This document shows positions 36,272 to 50,513 of a stretch of DNA of 64,000 bases, piece by piece. Numbering within the stretch: the stretch's first letter is position 1; each line of letters begins with the position of its first letter. This DNA comes from Amoeboaphelidium protococcarum X5 (lineage: Eukaryota; Fungi; Aphelidiomycota), in assembly GCA_023515725.1 (NCBI GenBank), contig JALDTO010000247.1:62001-126000 (forward strand). Direction: 5' to 3'. The position numbers and the translations under genes are program-made. The notes beneath the pieces were generated by a model, which searched no databases, had not been told where the DNA came from, and saw nothing but the letters and a program-made list of their open reading frames with translations.

Positions 36272-36850
36272 TCATTAGGCATTAACTTCGCCTTAATCGG
36301 TCGTCGCCTCTTCAAACTATGAGGAGGCGTCCGAATCAATGGACAACTTTCTACTGTATTCTGTCCGTTGTGGTCTAAGAATTAAAGCAACTTCCTATAC
36401 TTGACTACATAAAGATTCAAAGTCATCATCATCAAGAGGTCGAACTATTTCCCCGTAAATCTTCATATCTCTGTCGAAAGGCTCCACCAGAAGCCAGCAG
36501 CCTCTTTTCAGCCACACGAAATTTCTCAGTTTACGCGACAATTCACACAGCACAACATTCGACTCCAATTACGCGTCATTATCCATGCTTGCATTGTTTA
36601 CCTCGTCTTTATGCTTTTAATCAGCAAGTAAATTGTGCAGAGATTCACACTCAAAAAGATTATTGCCAACTCCTCTCACCAACCGAACGTAATTTCTCAG
36701 ATCTGGCAAGTTGCTTTATAACGCGTCGATTCCACATCGCTCTGTACTGCCCTTACCGACAGCCTATTAATTTTTGGTCTAACTTTTATTATTTTGTATC
36801 CGTTAATGCTGGCTCATAAGCCTCATTACCGAAATTTTCTTCTTGCCCAT
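36272..36850 (-). CDS. EIF1AD: eIF1A-domain (S1/OB-fold) protein
   Basis: VRGVGNNLFECE and LSRKLRNFVWLKRGCWLLVEP...IYGEIV motifs. Confidence 0.8.
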
Positions 36851-37213
36851 ATCTAATTACTTTGTTATTTGATCAATTTTATTCCACGAAGAAATTGACA
36901 AAGTTGAGTAAGTGATCGTTTCACAAACACTGGAGCGCCTTCACTCATTGTGGATTATAAGTGTCGCATAGTATCCTAGAAATTCACTCATACTCACTTA
37001 AGCTAATTCAATCATTCAGCTCATAAATCCATCCCTTCAGGCCACGTCATGAAGCCGATTTAGGTAACGCTGATTCGCCAAGTTTCAAGTGAACGACGCG
37101 GTGGTTAACATGGCAACCATATCGATCTATTGAAATTGAGGTACCTCTAACTTTCTATTTTACTAACTTTAAAATTTAATCATTTCAACGTACGAATATC
37201 TCTCATCATCTGA

Positions 37214-37950
37214 ATGTTGAAAGCTACAATTTAGTGGTGCATTTTATTGATCACGATATCTCAGCTTGGACTGAGTTAGCAAATAGCAACTGAAACCGTT
37301 GTTTCATCATCGTTGCCGATTTCTACATAGTAAGCATGTCCATAGGGGTACTAGAAGAGCGAAAACAGCACTGGCCTTGATGAGAGCGGTGCTTGCGCAA
37401 AATGCAACGCCACGAACGCTTAAGGCGAATGCATAGGCGAATAGGAACACGGATCACATGGTGTACTGGTGGTAGCGGCAGGAACGATAAGCATATGCGC
37501 TGCTGCATTTATCTTTCGACGCATCCGTAAGTTTATGATGACATAACATTGTTACAATTATGGGAGTCATGTGGTAATGTAGAACGAAGAAGAAGAAGAT
37601 CACTACTAGCACAATTTCCCGACTTTGAACCTGAAAATTTCGCGTATGGTAACGATTAATCATCACCAATGAATATGGAGCAGTTGGCTCTTTCGCCAGA
37701 TGCTCCTGTGCTGAGCAAAGCATTAGTGTTTAAAGTATCAGACTCAGCATCAACATCTAATGCAGGTAGTCGATGTGGTACACCGACTAAAAATCGCAGT
37801 GTCCTGAGAAATGTATTCTCATCTAATCGCGACAGTCACGACACCATTCAATACGTGCAACTCAAGTAGAAAGCATTGTTACAGGATGGAAACGCATCGG
37901 GGGATTTGGGGCTTCAAAAAATTAAGCTGGATGCTAATATAACGAAATGA
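37214..37950 (+). CDS. Single-pass type I membrane protein with a small Cys-containing ectodomain; probable intron 37527-37582
   Basis: Signal-like N-terminus, four Cys, TM helix, then RRIQRRRRR after removing a 56-nt GTAAGT...TAG intron. Confidence 0.65.
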
Positions 37951-38015
37951 AAATCTTATGGAGTCTTTTGTTAAATCTTAAGTCTAATTTTGTATACTTC
38001 ATTCATTAAAAAAGG

Positions 38016-39107
38016 TCATTGTCTAGGCTCATCGAACGCGTTCTCTTTGCCAGAGGAATTCTAACTGTTGGCAGGATCTAAGGCTCTTAGCTGGAGAAGA
38101 CAACTCTGTCTGGCAGCGTGATTATCACGCCACGCGTCTTGGTCGGATTATCCGAATTTCGAACGGTACCAAGACAACTCCTACTTTTGCAATTCCAATT
38201 CTTCAAGCACAGACTCCAGTTTCAACTCCAAAGTCCTAACGTGCTCCTTCTTCTTACGCCTGGACTCTTTTGCAGCTTCCCGATTCTTCTCCAGGCGGCG
38301 CTGCTTTCTCTCTTCGCGACTTCCGATCAGTTTCATGCCACCGTATTACTCATTGCGGAATGGACTCTGATTATGAGATGTCGGTAATGCGATTTTTGGA
38401 GAGATGGGCGGAAATTTCTACTAATGGACTTACAATGAGGATGAGACAGGATCTACAGGAGTTACCGGATCGCTTATAGCGCGCATTCTATTAAGAGCGT
38501 TGACGTACATCTGATCGCCGTGACTTAGATGAGATGCTGATGCGGATTACATATTCAGCTACGAGACACCATAGTTTAATGCAGATGACTGAGATAGCGA
38601 TGAGCGACGCGAAGTGTATGCAGATGCAGCAGTGGAGGTGACAGCAGACTATGGCAGTGAATACTAGGTAATTGCCTGCGGGGTGAACGAGATTGGAACC
38701 GCCCCTTTTACTCTATATTGTTTCATCACAGGCTGAACAGGTGCAGTTTTAATTGTATTAGCATCGCTTATGAACTGATTATACAGATCAATGTTCTCGT
38801 CATCAATATTATGCGCAGAGTCCAAATAATCATACAAAGCAGCTGCATCATCGCCATCATCGAATGTTTCAATCATTGCATACGCAGACCCATAATCGTA
38901 ATCCTCAAGCTAATTTTGATCTTTCATCATCTATTCAAGATTGTACGTGTTGACATTGATCTATGGCGCGGGATTATATTACTATTACTGTACTAGATTA
39001 GGTGCTTGTTGAGCAGTCTTTGACTACCAAATGTTCATCATTGATTCTTTAGTATCATCGCTCGTGAAAGCATCATCCGAATTCTTACTTGAGTGTGATC
39101 TATTCAT
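38016..39107 (-). CDS. bZIP (ATF/CREB-like) transcription factor
   Basis: RKQRRLEKNREAAKESRRKKKEHVRTLE basic region plus leucine zipper. Confidence 0.88.
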
Positions 39108-39424
39108 TTCTATTCTATGTATGCAGCACCTTTAAAATAGAATAATTAAATTATTTTTAGCTAAAAGAATAGGATTCCACTTGATGATGATTTGCTTGGC
39201 TCTTCTGAAGATACCTCATGTAACTGTGTAACATCATGGCCGTATCTAGTCGTTCAATCAAAACCTCCGATAAGGGTCACGCGTTAAAACGATAGTCGCG
39301 AAATTCAAACTGCGCGCTCAAGTGTAGGGAATTTACTACATCTGAATGTAACACAGTATGTAGAAGAAAATATAGCTTAGCAAGATCAAACTAAGGAATA
39401 AAAAATTTATACATTATTCAGCAA

Positions 39425-40318
39425 TCACTACGATTTAGATGAGCATGAAGGACAGTACCATAGTCCATGCGGTGGCTAGCCGAGAGTAAGTCCAACGCAC
39501 TCATAATGGAACCACCCGTACGGGCAATTTCCAGCATTATCACACTCAATCATATCCCCAAAAGATCCTTGTTGACAAATACAATAAAGTTGATCTTGAT
39601 CTAGTTCTGCGTCTTGACCATACTCGTTCTAATCATTAACAGCGGCATAAGAATCACCAATAGAACCTTCATCGTCGTCATCGTAAGAGTAAGATTTACG
39701 TTTCTTCTTCTTCTAGTTCTTACTACTCGACTGGCCCACATTTCTAGCGCGTCTATTAACTCGAGGTGACTGGTGGTCGTATGCAGATGTGCTTCCTAGG
39801 ATGGAGGCCTCAAGAAGAGCCGGATCAACATTAGAGCCACCATTGGCGGCCGCCTCTTTCACAGCGTTATTAACAGTATCATTCAGGCGTTTGAGGTGTT
39901 TATTAATGAGCTCCAGGGCACGTTCAGTCAACAACATCTTTTCATCGCTGAGCGTTCTCGCCTGTGCATACTTTTACCTTATCTACTGCACAGTAGCATC
40001 GCCAATAATTTATTACTAAAAAGATTGACCACCTCCACCTCCATTCCACTATCCACCATCATCGCTATTGCTGCCACCAGGAAACAATTAAGCTGCGCCA
40101 TTCATTAGAGAATCATCGCTGCTGCCAGCTACGGCTGGAGGAAGAGCACCAGATTGTCGCTTCGACAGCGTAGACAAATGACTCTTTTACATGCTAAATA
40201 TCTAACGACGCAATTCCAAAATCTCGTCATCTCTACTCCTAATCTCTTGCATATGATGCCTAATCTCTGCAGGCAAATTCTCTATACTCTCCACGAACTC
40301 TTCCAAATACACCGCCAT
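39425..40318 (-). CDS. ING-family PHD finger protein (Yng2/ING3-like)
   Basis: [17 protein letters not shown]-terminus; [17 protein letters not shown]...WFHYECVGL...WYCPSC PHD finger. Confidence 0.92.
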
Positions 40319-40492
40319 ACTTACTCCACTCTTTTTCTCCAAACCTTCAATAGTTTTAGTGAAAGTTAAGGAACGCAGAATACTATTGCGATCACCTCAA
40401 AACTTCTCTGAGTGAAAAACCGTGAACGCGACCCCTTTATCTCTTCAACTTCACTTAGCTTGATCAAAATTAAATTCGAAAAACAGAATAAA

Positions 40493-40929
40493 ATGCAGTC
40501 AGGCTTGAAGGTGGAGCGCGTCGAATTGGTAAGATATTAATAATTCCTATTTTAAAATGATATAATCCCCTATTTATGCAATATGTGTAGATATCCTATA
40601 GTGTGCATGATCCAGGAAATGTTACAGTGGCAATCGAGTATGAGGATCACACATTAGGAAATGCTCTGCGACATGTAATCATGAATATTGCCGACGTTGA
40701 TCTGGTTGGATACTCGAATCCTCATCCAAGTGAGCCTAAATTTCACTTTAGGATACAATTACACGAATGGTCGTAAAAGACTGCGCTTGATGTACTCGCC
40801 GAAGGATTGGAAGAGTTGGGAAAATGTGCTAAACACCTTTACGAGACCATGGAGGCTGATATGGAAAAGGCAAGACGCGATCCAAGCTGTGGAATCATTG
40901 AACAGATATCATACGAAGCTTCTTTCTGA
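40493..40929 (+). CDS. RPC19: RNA polymerase I/III subunit AC19; intron 40529-40590
   Basis: EDHTLGNALRHVIM...VGYSNPHPSEPK...RIQ motif. Confidence 0.9.
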
Positions 40930-41166
40930 ACATAATAAAATTGTCTTTTTGATACTATTTACATTGCGTTTCTTGATTTTTTAGTAATGCGGATCACGAG
41001 CGTTTTATCTTTATAGTTGGATTTATTTCGTTCAGCTTTGCCATCGCGGATTTCTTTCTCGTTTCAACAGAACTCCCTACGCTTGTTCACTTCATTATAG
41101 TTAAAGTCTATTAAACTTTTATCACATTCCAATTGGTGTCATAATCATTTTATTTTACATCGTACA

Positions 41167-43509
41167 ATGACGGTGTACACAAATAGTTAGTAGAGTTCTT
41201 CCACTATTGTGAAAGGTTCATCAACATAGAGAAAGAGGATTAGAAAAGTTTGTAAAGTGTTTATACATGATGTGCAACGTCCTCCTAAGTAATAGAATTC
41301 TAGAGTGCAGCAGAATATAGCCGATTAAAAGTTGAAGCTTTAGTTGGTGGATAAATGTATATAGACGTCTGAAAGTTCAATATTTTAAGAGTAATAGAAG
41401 AGTGATGGTAAAAGGACGTCTAAAACTGGTCAGTCTCCCGTTCACACATAGACTGAAGCTATTGGTAATGCTTTCAATGATTTCCTGGCTCGACGCAAGC
41501 TTTCAACTTCCGTATTTGCTGCTGCTACTACAGGAGATTAAGAGAATGTTTATGTAAAAGATGTGGCAGATTAGTAGAGTAAATCTACTATTTAGGCTTA
41601 GAATGATTATATTGCACCTGTCGAGTCGTTTGATTAATAGAACATTAGTGCTGACACTGATAGTTAACAGTCTTCTGGTATTAACGACTTCTTACGCGGT
41701 AATGTGAATGATATAGATCAAGTTATTGCAGATTCAAGGTGCAAGAGGAAGGAAGAAGAGATGATGCTGGGTATAAAGTATAGAGCAATGAAGGAGTAGA
41801 TTAGTATACAAGTCAAGTAGGCGCGTTCAGAACTGCGGAAACTAGATAAAATGAGTTCTACTATGAAAGAGGATTCTGGTATGATAGAAAAGCGTAGAAA
41901 TTTATAAGAGTTGGAAAGATCACTGCTTACCTAGTTGGCTGCTGAAGACTCGGCTTTTAAGTTCTAAAAGTAGAAGCTCCGATCTCAGTACTTGGCAGAT
42001 TAGAAATAGTTGTAACGATAAAAGTTGGAGCTAAAGCTGAAGCGTCTGTAAGAAGAGAGGAATAGTAGTCAAATTACTGGTGATGAGAAGACTTAAAGTG
42101 AGGGCAGTAGTTTTATTGATGATTAATCTATAATGATTCTGAAATAGAAGATTGAGGCCCTTCGCGTATAGAAAAGTCAACACAAGTCTCCAGTATCTGG
42201 TAATAAAGTGCCTGAGGCGTAGTCTCAAGAAAAGTAACGACGCTAGCCTGAGTAATTTGGCATTCAGGCTGAATTGAAGAGAATATCTGACATTCTTGAT
42301 CGTATATACCGAGAAGAATTGCCTGGTCAGCACCAAAAAATCAATGATACCATATCGTCTATCCTGTCCGACACTTCCTCTGTATCGATAGATTAATCGT
42401 CGATTCTTAATTCTCTGTCCCTATCCTCATTTATTTAATCGAATGATAGTTTGGACCGGGTAACGCAGAAGGTTGTCGAAAAGATTAACAAGGTATCATA
42501 GAACATTGTGCACCAGCCAGAATCTTCTGAATCTTCTGCAGCGAGCTCTTCCGCTGCGGATTTGACTATAGACAGGCCTGAGTATACCGTAGTTGCTACT
42601 GATAATAAATCAGAAAGCATTAAAGTTGATGAGCAAGTATTAGATTCTGTTTTAGTATTATAGTAATAAGAGTAGGCTGTAGAGGAATTAGGGCAACCTG
42701 ATCAGCAAGTGATTGCGGCATTGGAGGATGAAAAGTCATAGTCTGAGCTTATTGAATCTAGTATTTAAGAGTATTTGGAGCAATCACAAGTGGATATTGA
42801 CACTTTGTCGTCGAGTAGTTTGGTCAAAGAAGACATTGTAGAAAAGTAGTTGGATGTAGTTGAAGTGCCTGCTTTTAAACTGGAAGACAGTCTAGATATG
42901 GTGAGTTCAACTACCGACATGGCGGTTCTAGTTCCAGATTATAAATTATAGTTGGAGCAGACTTAATAAATAGTTATTGAAGAGGTTATTGATTCTGTCG
43001 TTAGCCAAGTGGTAGGACAGCAATAGTCTACTCCAATCGTTAACCAATCTGTGAGCTCTAGAAGTTGGAACGAGTAGATTATGGATTTAACGGATATTAT
43101 TTTAAGTGGAATATAAATTGTCGATGAAAAATTGTAGATTAATGGCAATATTGAAAAGATTACATCTTACTCTGCTGAGTTAAAGATTTTGGTGTAGGAT
43201 CTAATTATGGATGCATACGATAAGATTCAGCTGAAATCTGCTCATAAGCCAAGGCTTCTGGTCGGGAAGTAGAACGTATCTGGAGTTAGATAATAATTAC
43301 GCAAGGAAGTTTCGCTGTATCTGTAATACTTTAGTAAGAATGGTGAAAATATGGATTCTTTACTCACTGAAGAGATTTAACTTGAAGAATTGTCGTGGGT
43401 GAAGCGACATGATCTGGTGCCTCAAGTTTAGCTTCGACTGGAGTAGTCTATATTGAGTGAGTTGCTGCTTGAGACCACCGTGTATTATCATTCTACATTT
43501 GATCGATGA
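41167..43509 (+). CDS. Large Gln-rich coiled-coil protein, CEP350-like (C-terminal DUF4378-like segment)
   Basis: Long frame open with TAR=Gln. C-terminal EELSWV...QVQLRLEQSILSELLLET resembles the CEP350/DUF4378 tail. Confidence 0.55.
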
Positions 43510-43820
43510 GACTGATGTCGCTATAAATTTAATATTATCAGGTCACATGCTATATTCAAGTTTCCAACATCATTACATTTTGGATCTTCTATCACTTTAA
43601 TAACACGTTTTGGCTAAAGTTGCAACGTAACATGGTGAGCTCCAATCATTGGTCTTGAATCTAGCTACGTTACATTCATGTGGACAGATGCGATAATGTG
43701 GATCACAGATCAAACCCTCTTCCTGCTATAAAAATACTTGGATATATTTCCTTAAAATCTAAGGTATTATTTTCATACTTTTGTATCGGCTAAATCTAGG
43801 CTTCCGTACGTATACTAAAT

Positions 43821-45161
43821 ATGAAACTGATTTACATTGCAATCACGCTAAGTGCTCTTGTCTACGATCCTGTAGACGCTAATCTTTGGTTGGGACGCAG
43901 AAAGCAGCCGCAGATCTAATAGACTCAAGATAAGTAGTATCGCTCAATCGGTGGCTAAAATGATGGTCCTGTAGAAGGTGGTATGCTAACTAGAAACGCC
44001 TTGAAATGGTACGGTCTTCCGACTGTGCAGAATGGCGGTGTATTTATCCAATCTCAGTAAGCAGCTGTCGTCATGTGCTGGACTGAGGCGCCAGATGCCA
44101 AAATGTCAGAGATGAAGGTATAATTTAACACTAATCATGGCATTAGGGGCGGCAAGGTTGAGGCCGGTGAAGTCAAAGTGTCGCCGCTGACTGAATAGAA
44201 GCTGAAGTAGATTCAAGACGCTTATGTCCAGAATTATGAGGGATTCAGCAAGGCACTAATTCCTGACTAAGTTCGAAAGCTTTTGGCTGATAGCCGCAAT
44301 GGAGTGACTGTTAATGACCAAGACGCGTAAACTGGCGATGATTAAAATGGAGAATAGGCTGGTGAAGTACGTGGTCGCTCTGGTAGTAATAGAGGTGACT
44401 TTGATTAGATTGAGTCTAGAAGTAGCTCTCGTTCACCAATTCCAAGAAGTCATCATGGAGAACAAAATATGGGGTCTTATGAGGAGTAAGTGTAAGGCTT
44501 ACCTGGCGGAGATTAAGAAATTGAAACAGAAGGCTTGTCTATGTTTACGATTGGATCCGGTTCTTCCATGCGTGAATAGCCAGAAAGAGGTATTAGACGT
44601 GTGGGTGCGGGAAGTCAGTTAGGAGCGTATTAGGATCAAGCTTTCGATTAGGATTCGTAGACTTAAGGTGAAAATTTTAATTAAGAGAGCAATTTCATGG
44701 GTTTAAATCCTGAAAGTCAATATTCTCAGCCTGGAGCAGAATACACAGACTATCAAGGATTCTTCAAACGTGGCACTGACGGTAAAGATGGCGGCATGCT
44801 ATTCAATGTGCCAAAGAACTATATGGCAAAGACCAAGTCTGGAGAACCAATTTGTTACGCCGTAGAGTTTACAGTTCCGGGCGACATCAAGCCAAGTCAT
44901 TAGGCGCAGCTGATAGTCTACCGTTCTAGAGCCTTGAAGAACAAGAATCTGCACTCTCCGTAGTTCAACATTGTCGCAAAGCCTCAATTCCCTGAAAATT
45001 TGATAATCGGCAGAAGCAGTCATTAAGGTGAGGGATCTGGTAGTTAAACTAGAAGCTCGCAAAGCGATGGCCCAAAGTCTGACAAGTAGTAGAATAGCTA
45101 AGCCAAAGATGGCATTGCCTCATTCTGGACCAGACTCTTTGGCGGTGAAAAGAAATAGTGA
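43821..45161 (+). CDS. Secreted hypothetical protein (446 aa)
   Basis: Signal peptide MKLIYIAITLSALVYDPVDA; two globular-looking parts separated by a G/Q/E/S-rich linker. Confidence 0.75.
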
Positions 45162-45214
45162 TTTTATTAGTTTGATGACTGAAGTAATAGATTTATTTGA
45201 CCAACACTTTTCAT

Positions 45215-46573
45215 TCACTTTTCCAACATTCTATAATCATCCAATCGACATATCGAGAGAGGTACAAATTTTGAAGTTGATTTTAATTCATTCTAGCTTT
45301 CTGCCGTGGTTTTACTAGGTATCTAGACTTGAACTAGTGACAGTACATCACCGACATTTCTATTTTACTGCATGATACTCAGATGGGGTGACTATTGGGG
45401 GATTTAATCAGTATTGCGCATCAATTAACGCGTCATTGAGACTTCTTACTGAAACAACAATCTCTCTTACTCCAAATGCATTTTCATTTAGATAAGCTAA
45501 TCCAGTATTGACATAGCTTTCGATGACAAGTCAAAAGACTAGACTGGTAGTTACGGAAGCTATTATACCGGAACTGCATTCTGATTAAATACAGGCAGAG
45601 TCAGTGAGCTTTGAGGAGGGACAGGATTAATCGCGGCATCCTCATTCTAACTATCAAGCTTTTATGACATTGTTCTCTATTCTCGTTGTTCTTACTAAAG
45701 CTACTAACTATTATTCTACGTAGATTATCGCCTGCTGCCTTAATTACTTTTTGCTTCAACTTTCTCTTACATAGCACCACGTTTATTGCTAAATCTATTC
45801 TTCTTCAACAGCTCTGCCTCTTTCTGAGCTTCCAAAAACTTCCTCGAAGCTTCCTCCTTTGCTCGATCCAATTAGGATTATTTCTTACTCCCGGCAAAAA
45901 TCATGACTTCTCCATCACCAGATTCACCAGTCCCCTTCTGCCCAATAGCCTTTTCATTCTTGCGTTCTAATTCATATTTCCGTGCAAGCTCACGCCGTTC
46001 CCTCTCTATTCTCTCTTCCTCCAATCTCTCCTCCTCCAAACGCCTTTGCTTATCCAGCTCTTTTTTACGCGCAACCTCCGCCATTTGCTGCCTAAGCAGC
46101 TACTGTGCATTCGGCTTGATACTGATATCCCTGTGATCTTCTGATCGAGCTAGACTTTCCCTGGATTACTATCTTGATATGTCGCGTTACTTGAATTGCA
46201 TATAATCGTGAGCAAATTCATACTGTTATTGTCGCTCAGGAGGAGCTTGATATGGAGAATTGGAGCCAAAATTCTTGTAAGCTGATTGTTTCTAGCCATG
46301 ATGATCGAGTCTTTCAAACGATTGGTTCTAATATCCATAGGGCTCGTTGAAGTCTCTTTGATACGGTGCCTAAAGACGATGACCATCTTGAGAATCCATG
46401 TGCAGTCCTGAAGACTTTTGGACCATCTCGTAACCATAATCGCTATCATTGCGGTACAAATTTTTCTCAATCTGAGCCTGTTTTTAGTCTCTTTATCTGG
46501 ATGTATTGCCTTAATCTTATACAGGAGCAAATGGATTGTCTGAACTTGTCGCATTACCGTATCGCTTTACCAT
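45215..46573 (-). CDS. CCDC66/CSPP1-like coiled-coil protein
   Basis: LLRQQMAEVARKKELDKQRRLEEERLEEERIERERRELARKYELE resembles the CCDC66 domain; 453 codons. Confidence 0.6.
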
Positions 46574-46977
46574 TTCCTTCAATTAATTCTAGAGTACTAA
46601 TAAGTTCAGCTATAGATATAGAATACAACTTGTATTTGCAAAACGATCACTGTTGAAAAAGATGATGTTACAATATCAAGTGTCTCCATAGCAACCAGGT
46701 CTCCTTCACTGAACTACAGGACATTACATTGCAGTAATATGTGCGACAAGATATCGTGATTCACGTTGTCTCTTTGTTATAGCCACATTCATTTAAGTGA
46801 TTTTAGCAAAATATATCTTACTTATTGTTTTCTTAACTTTACGCGTTTTATAATAAATCAAATCTAAATAAAGTGTATAGACAACATCTTATTACTATCG
46901 TTTTTAGACAGCGACACGCGACTAATTTGTGTCCGGCAGAGTTTATCTGCATTACATTATAATCAAACTCGTCAGAA

Positions 46978-47589
46978 ATGTCAACACTGGGTAAATATGC
47001 ATTGGCTATTGAATATGATTATATGAGGACACATCCGATCGATGGAATGTATGTACTCCCTGTGCTTGAAGAGTGTCGCTGGGACGTGGTCTGGTTTGTC
47101 AAAGAGGGGCTCTATCAATAGGCCGTTCTCAAGTTTAGCATTCAAGTACCTTCAACTTATCCTTACTAAACAACCTAGAATAATCTACCGGAAGTCATAT
47201 TTCATAACGCTAATATTTACCATCCGCTAATTAAACAATACGGTGGACAGTTGGTTATGACACTGATGAGAGAGTCAATGGAACAGAAATAGTAATAATA
47301 ATAACACAAAGGGACTGAAGATGTAAACTTCAAAGATGTGTATATGCGCGATATTCTGCTCTATGTATAAAGAGTGTTTACAGATACTGATATGATAATA
47401 AGAGCATAGTCTGCTGCCGTGGAAGATAGCTCAATGATGATAAGAACCAAGATTCGCGACTTTGTGCACTCCACATAGACTAGTATGCAGACTGCTGATC
47501 ACGATTACTTCAAGATTCCTTTACAGCCCAGCTAATCAATGTCAGAGGAAGAGTATCGCAATATAAAATCACAACTCTTGCGATAATGA
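46978..47589 (+). CDS. AKTIP: AKTIP/FTS-like ubiquitin E2 variant
   Basis: YALAIEY...GMYVLP...W..VWFVKEGLY..AVLKFSI..P..YP...HPLI pattern. Confidence 0.78.
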
Positions 47590-48004
47590 AGAAGGCATTA
47601 TATTTGAATCATCGGTTGATTATATCTCTGCTATGTATTATTGCGTTTTCATGATGCTGAACAGTGTTCTTCTCCCCTCATTTATCCTCTTCAGAGCCTG
47701 CACAGTGCGTTTCTCTCTCTCTCTTCTTTCTGAGACTGCGCGACCAGCTGGTTGTTCAGGTGCGTGCGCATTGTTGTTGTTATTTCAGCTTTTGGCTCAA
47801 AAGAAAAATCTGTTTTCCGTTCTCTCTCCCTCTTTTTGGATCGTTTTGCCATCAGTGCATGCGTGATTTAGTAAAATTTATACTAGTCTTAATAGTATAC
47901 TCGTCTGATGCTTTCTGTAAGTATTTCTTTGCTCTATTTTTATTTTGAATTTTTATATCCTTGTAATTATTAGACTATATTGAGTGTAGAAAATTAGGAG
48001 AAGT

Positions 48005-50047
48005 ATGAGCTATTAGTTGAAGCAGGATCAGAACAAGCTTACTTTTGGGTATCAGAGCAAGTTGCCAATGCTTCCTGTGCCCACTCTCAAAGATACTGCT
48101 GAGAAGTACTTGCGTTCTATCTACCCTGCCTTCAGATAACAAGGTATTTCTGTTGTTAAATTATTCGTCATCGCTATATGATTGTCATATCATGTAGGAC
48201 CAGAGGGTGAGAAGAATTATGAGTAACATGTGAAGCTGGTGAATGACTTCTTTAAGGATCCTAAAGTCTTGCAGGCTTAAAATTAGCTGGAACAGAGAGC
48301 TAGTGATATGGCTAAGCATCGAAAGAGCTGGCTCATCGACTGGTGGAATGACTATGCGTATATGGGCTATAGAGATAGTGTTGTGTTGAATGTGTCTTAC
48401 TTTTTCTAGTTCAAAGATGATCCTTACAGACGGGATCAGTGTGTTCGTGCAGCTTCCATCATTCAGGAGGCTATGAAGTTTAGATCCATGTTGAATGAGC
48501 AGTCTCTTCACCCTGATACGTCTGGACGCAAAGGTCATCCGCTTGATATGCATTAGTATGCTTTCATGTTCAATGCGTGCAGACAGCCTTATGCCGGGAG
48601 TGATTAGACTTTATTGTATGATCCTTAGGAGAACAATCATGTCTTGGTTATCAGAAAGGGTAGATTTTATACTCTTTATCCATTTGCTGATCAGAAGTAG
48701 CTTAATGAGCAGGATCTGGCTTAAGCTTTAATGTCTATCAAGAAGGATGCTGATTAGAATGGATTTGATGGATTCCCAGTTGGAGCTCTCACTTCAGAGA
48801 ATAGAGATGTATGGACTCGTTATTATCAGCATCTAAAGTCTCTTTCAGGCAGAAATGAAGATGTTCTTAGATAGATTGAAAGTGCTGCGTTTGTCATTTG
48901 TCTTGATGATGAACCGTCTATGGAATAGTACCCAGGCGATTCGCCTTAGACATTATCTGAAGTTGGGCGTGCGCTATGGCATGGTGATGGTAAGAACAGA
49001 TGGTTCGACAAGAGCTTGCAGTTCATTGTATTTTAGAATGGAAAAGCTGGGTTCTTGGGTGAGCACTCAATGATGGATGCTACTCCCACGCATAGATTAT
49101 GTGAGTATATTCTGGATAATGCATTTAAGAATGGCAAGTAGGAAGCTGCCAAGACTCCGAGTGGCGGGGATTAAGTGCAGGCGTTGGACGTTAAAGTTGC
49201 TCAAAGATTGCAATTTCATCTTGATGAGTAATTAAAGTGTGGCATTGATAGAGCAGTGGATAGATTTTAGCAAGATATTGCGCGTCATGATCACCATGTG
49301 TTGGCTTATAACAAATATGGTAAGAACCGAATTAAGCAATTGAAATTATCTCCGGATGCTTTTGTTCAGTTATCTATCCAGCTGGCGTATTTCAAGCTAT
49401 TCGGGGTGTCTCGTTCCACGTATGAAAGTGCGACAGCCCGTAAATTTGCATGGGGACGTACAGAGACGTGTCGCTCCGTGTCTAATGAATCTCTGCAGTT
49501 TGTCCAGTCAGCCGTTTAAGGTAAGACTGAGGTAAGTGTGAAACAATTAGATCAGTTGGGGAGAGCTGCCATTGATCACCATGGTAAGTACATGGCTGAT
49601 TGTGTGGAAGGCAGAGGAGTTGATCGCCACTTCTTAGGATTAAAGATGCTATTGTCCGAGATGAAGCATAAGCCTGCATTGCTGGATGATCCTGTATTTA
49701 AGGACTCTAGTTATTGGTACATTTCTTCGTCTTAGATCACTTCTGAATACTATGATGGCTATGGATGGGGACAGGTGGTGCCTGAAGGATTTGGAATTGC
49801 GTACATGATTAAGAACGATTCTATCCATTACAACATTGCCAGTCTGAAGGAGGGACCTGGATCTTGGTTAAAGCATAATGGTACTTCAGGATCCGCGGAG
49901 AGAAACGCTGGAGTAAAGAATGCATGTGCCAAGATGGGTCACTTGTTGTCCGAATCTTTGGATGAGATGAGTATCATTTTCGGCAGCAATCCTATAGTGC
50001 AGCACTCTAATGCATCCGGAGAATCCAAGAGTATGAGTAAACTTTGA
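48005..50047 (+). CDS. CAT2: Carnitine O-acetyltransferase with C-terminal PTS1 (SKL); intron 48144-48197
   Basis: LPMLPVPTL, NRWFDKSLQ, EHSMMDA, SPDAFVQLSIQLAY, GRTETCR and GRGVDRH motifs; ends SKL-TGA. Confidence 0.93.
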
Positions 50048-50513
50048 ATGGAATAAAGTAATATCTTTAAAAATCGCGTTTTAGTTACTCTGTGGTGCTA
50101 TTTCTGTCAGATATCTTTGATTGATCATGTGTATTACTTGATATAAAATACGTGATGAATCTATGACTGTAATTCTCAATAACTTGCAGAAATATCTTAA
50201 TGTTGAACGATGCTTGCTGAAATTACTGGAATTTATTTAAGTTTTAATAGGCATCTGTTGCCGTAGTTTTGGACTGATATGATAAAGACTTAATTTGTTT
50301 GATTGGGGCCATCTTGATCCAATTATAGATTGGAGTGAGCATTTTAAATTTTCCATTGATACGGCAACGCTATCTGCTATCGATTATTGTGTCTTTTTAT
50401 TACAGTATATAAATTTTTGACTTCACAATATCACCTATCATAATTTGTTTAAATTCGCGTCTCAAGTACATCATCACTGAAGCGATTGAATTGATCACTA
50501 GGTAGTTTGAATC

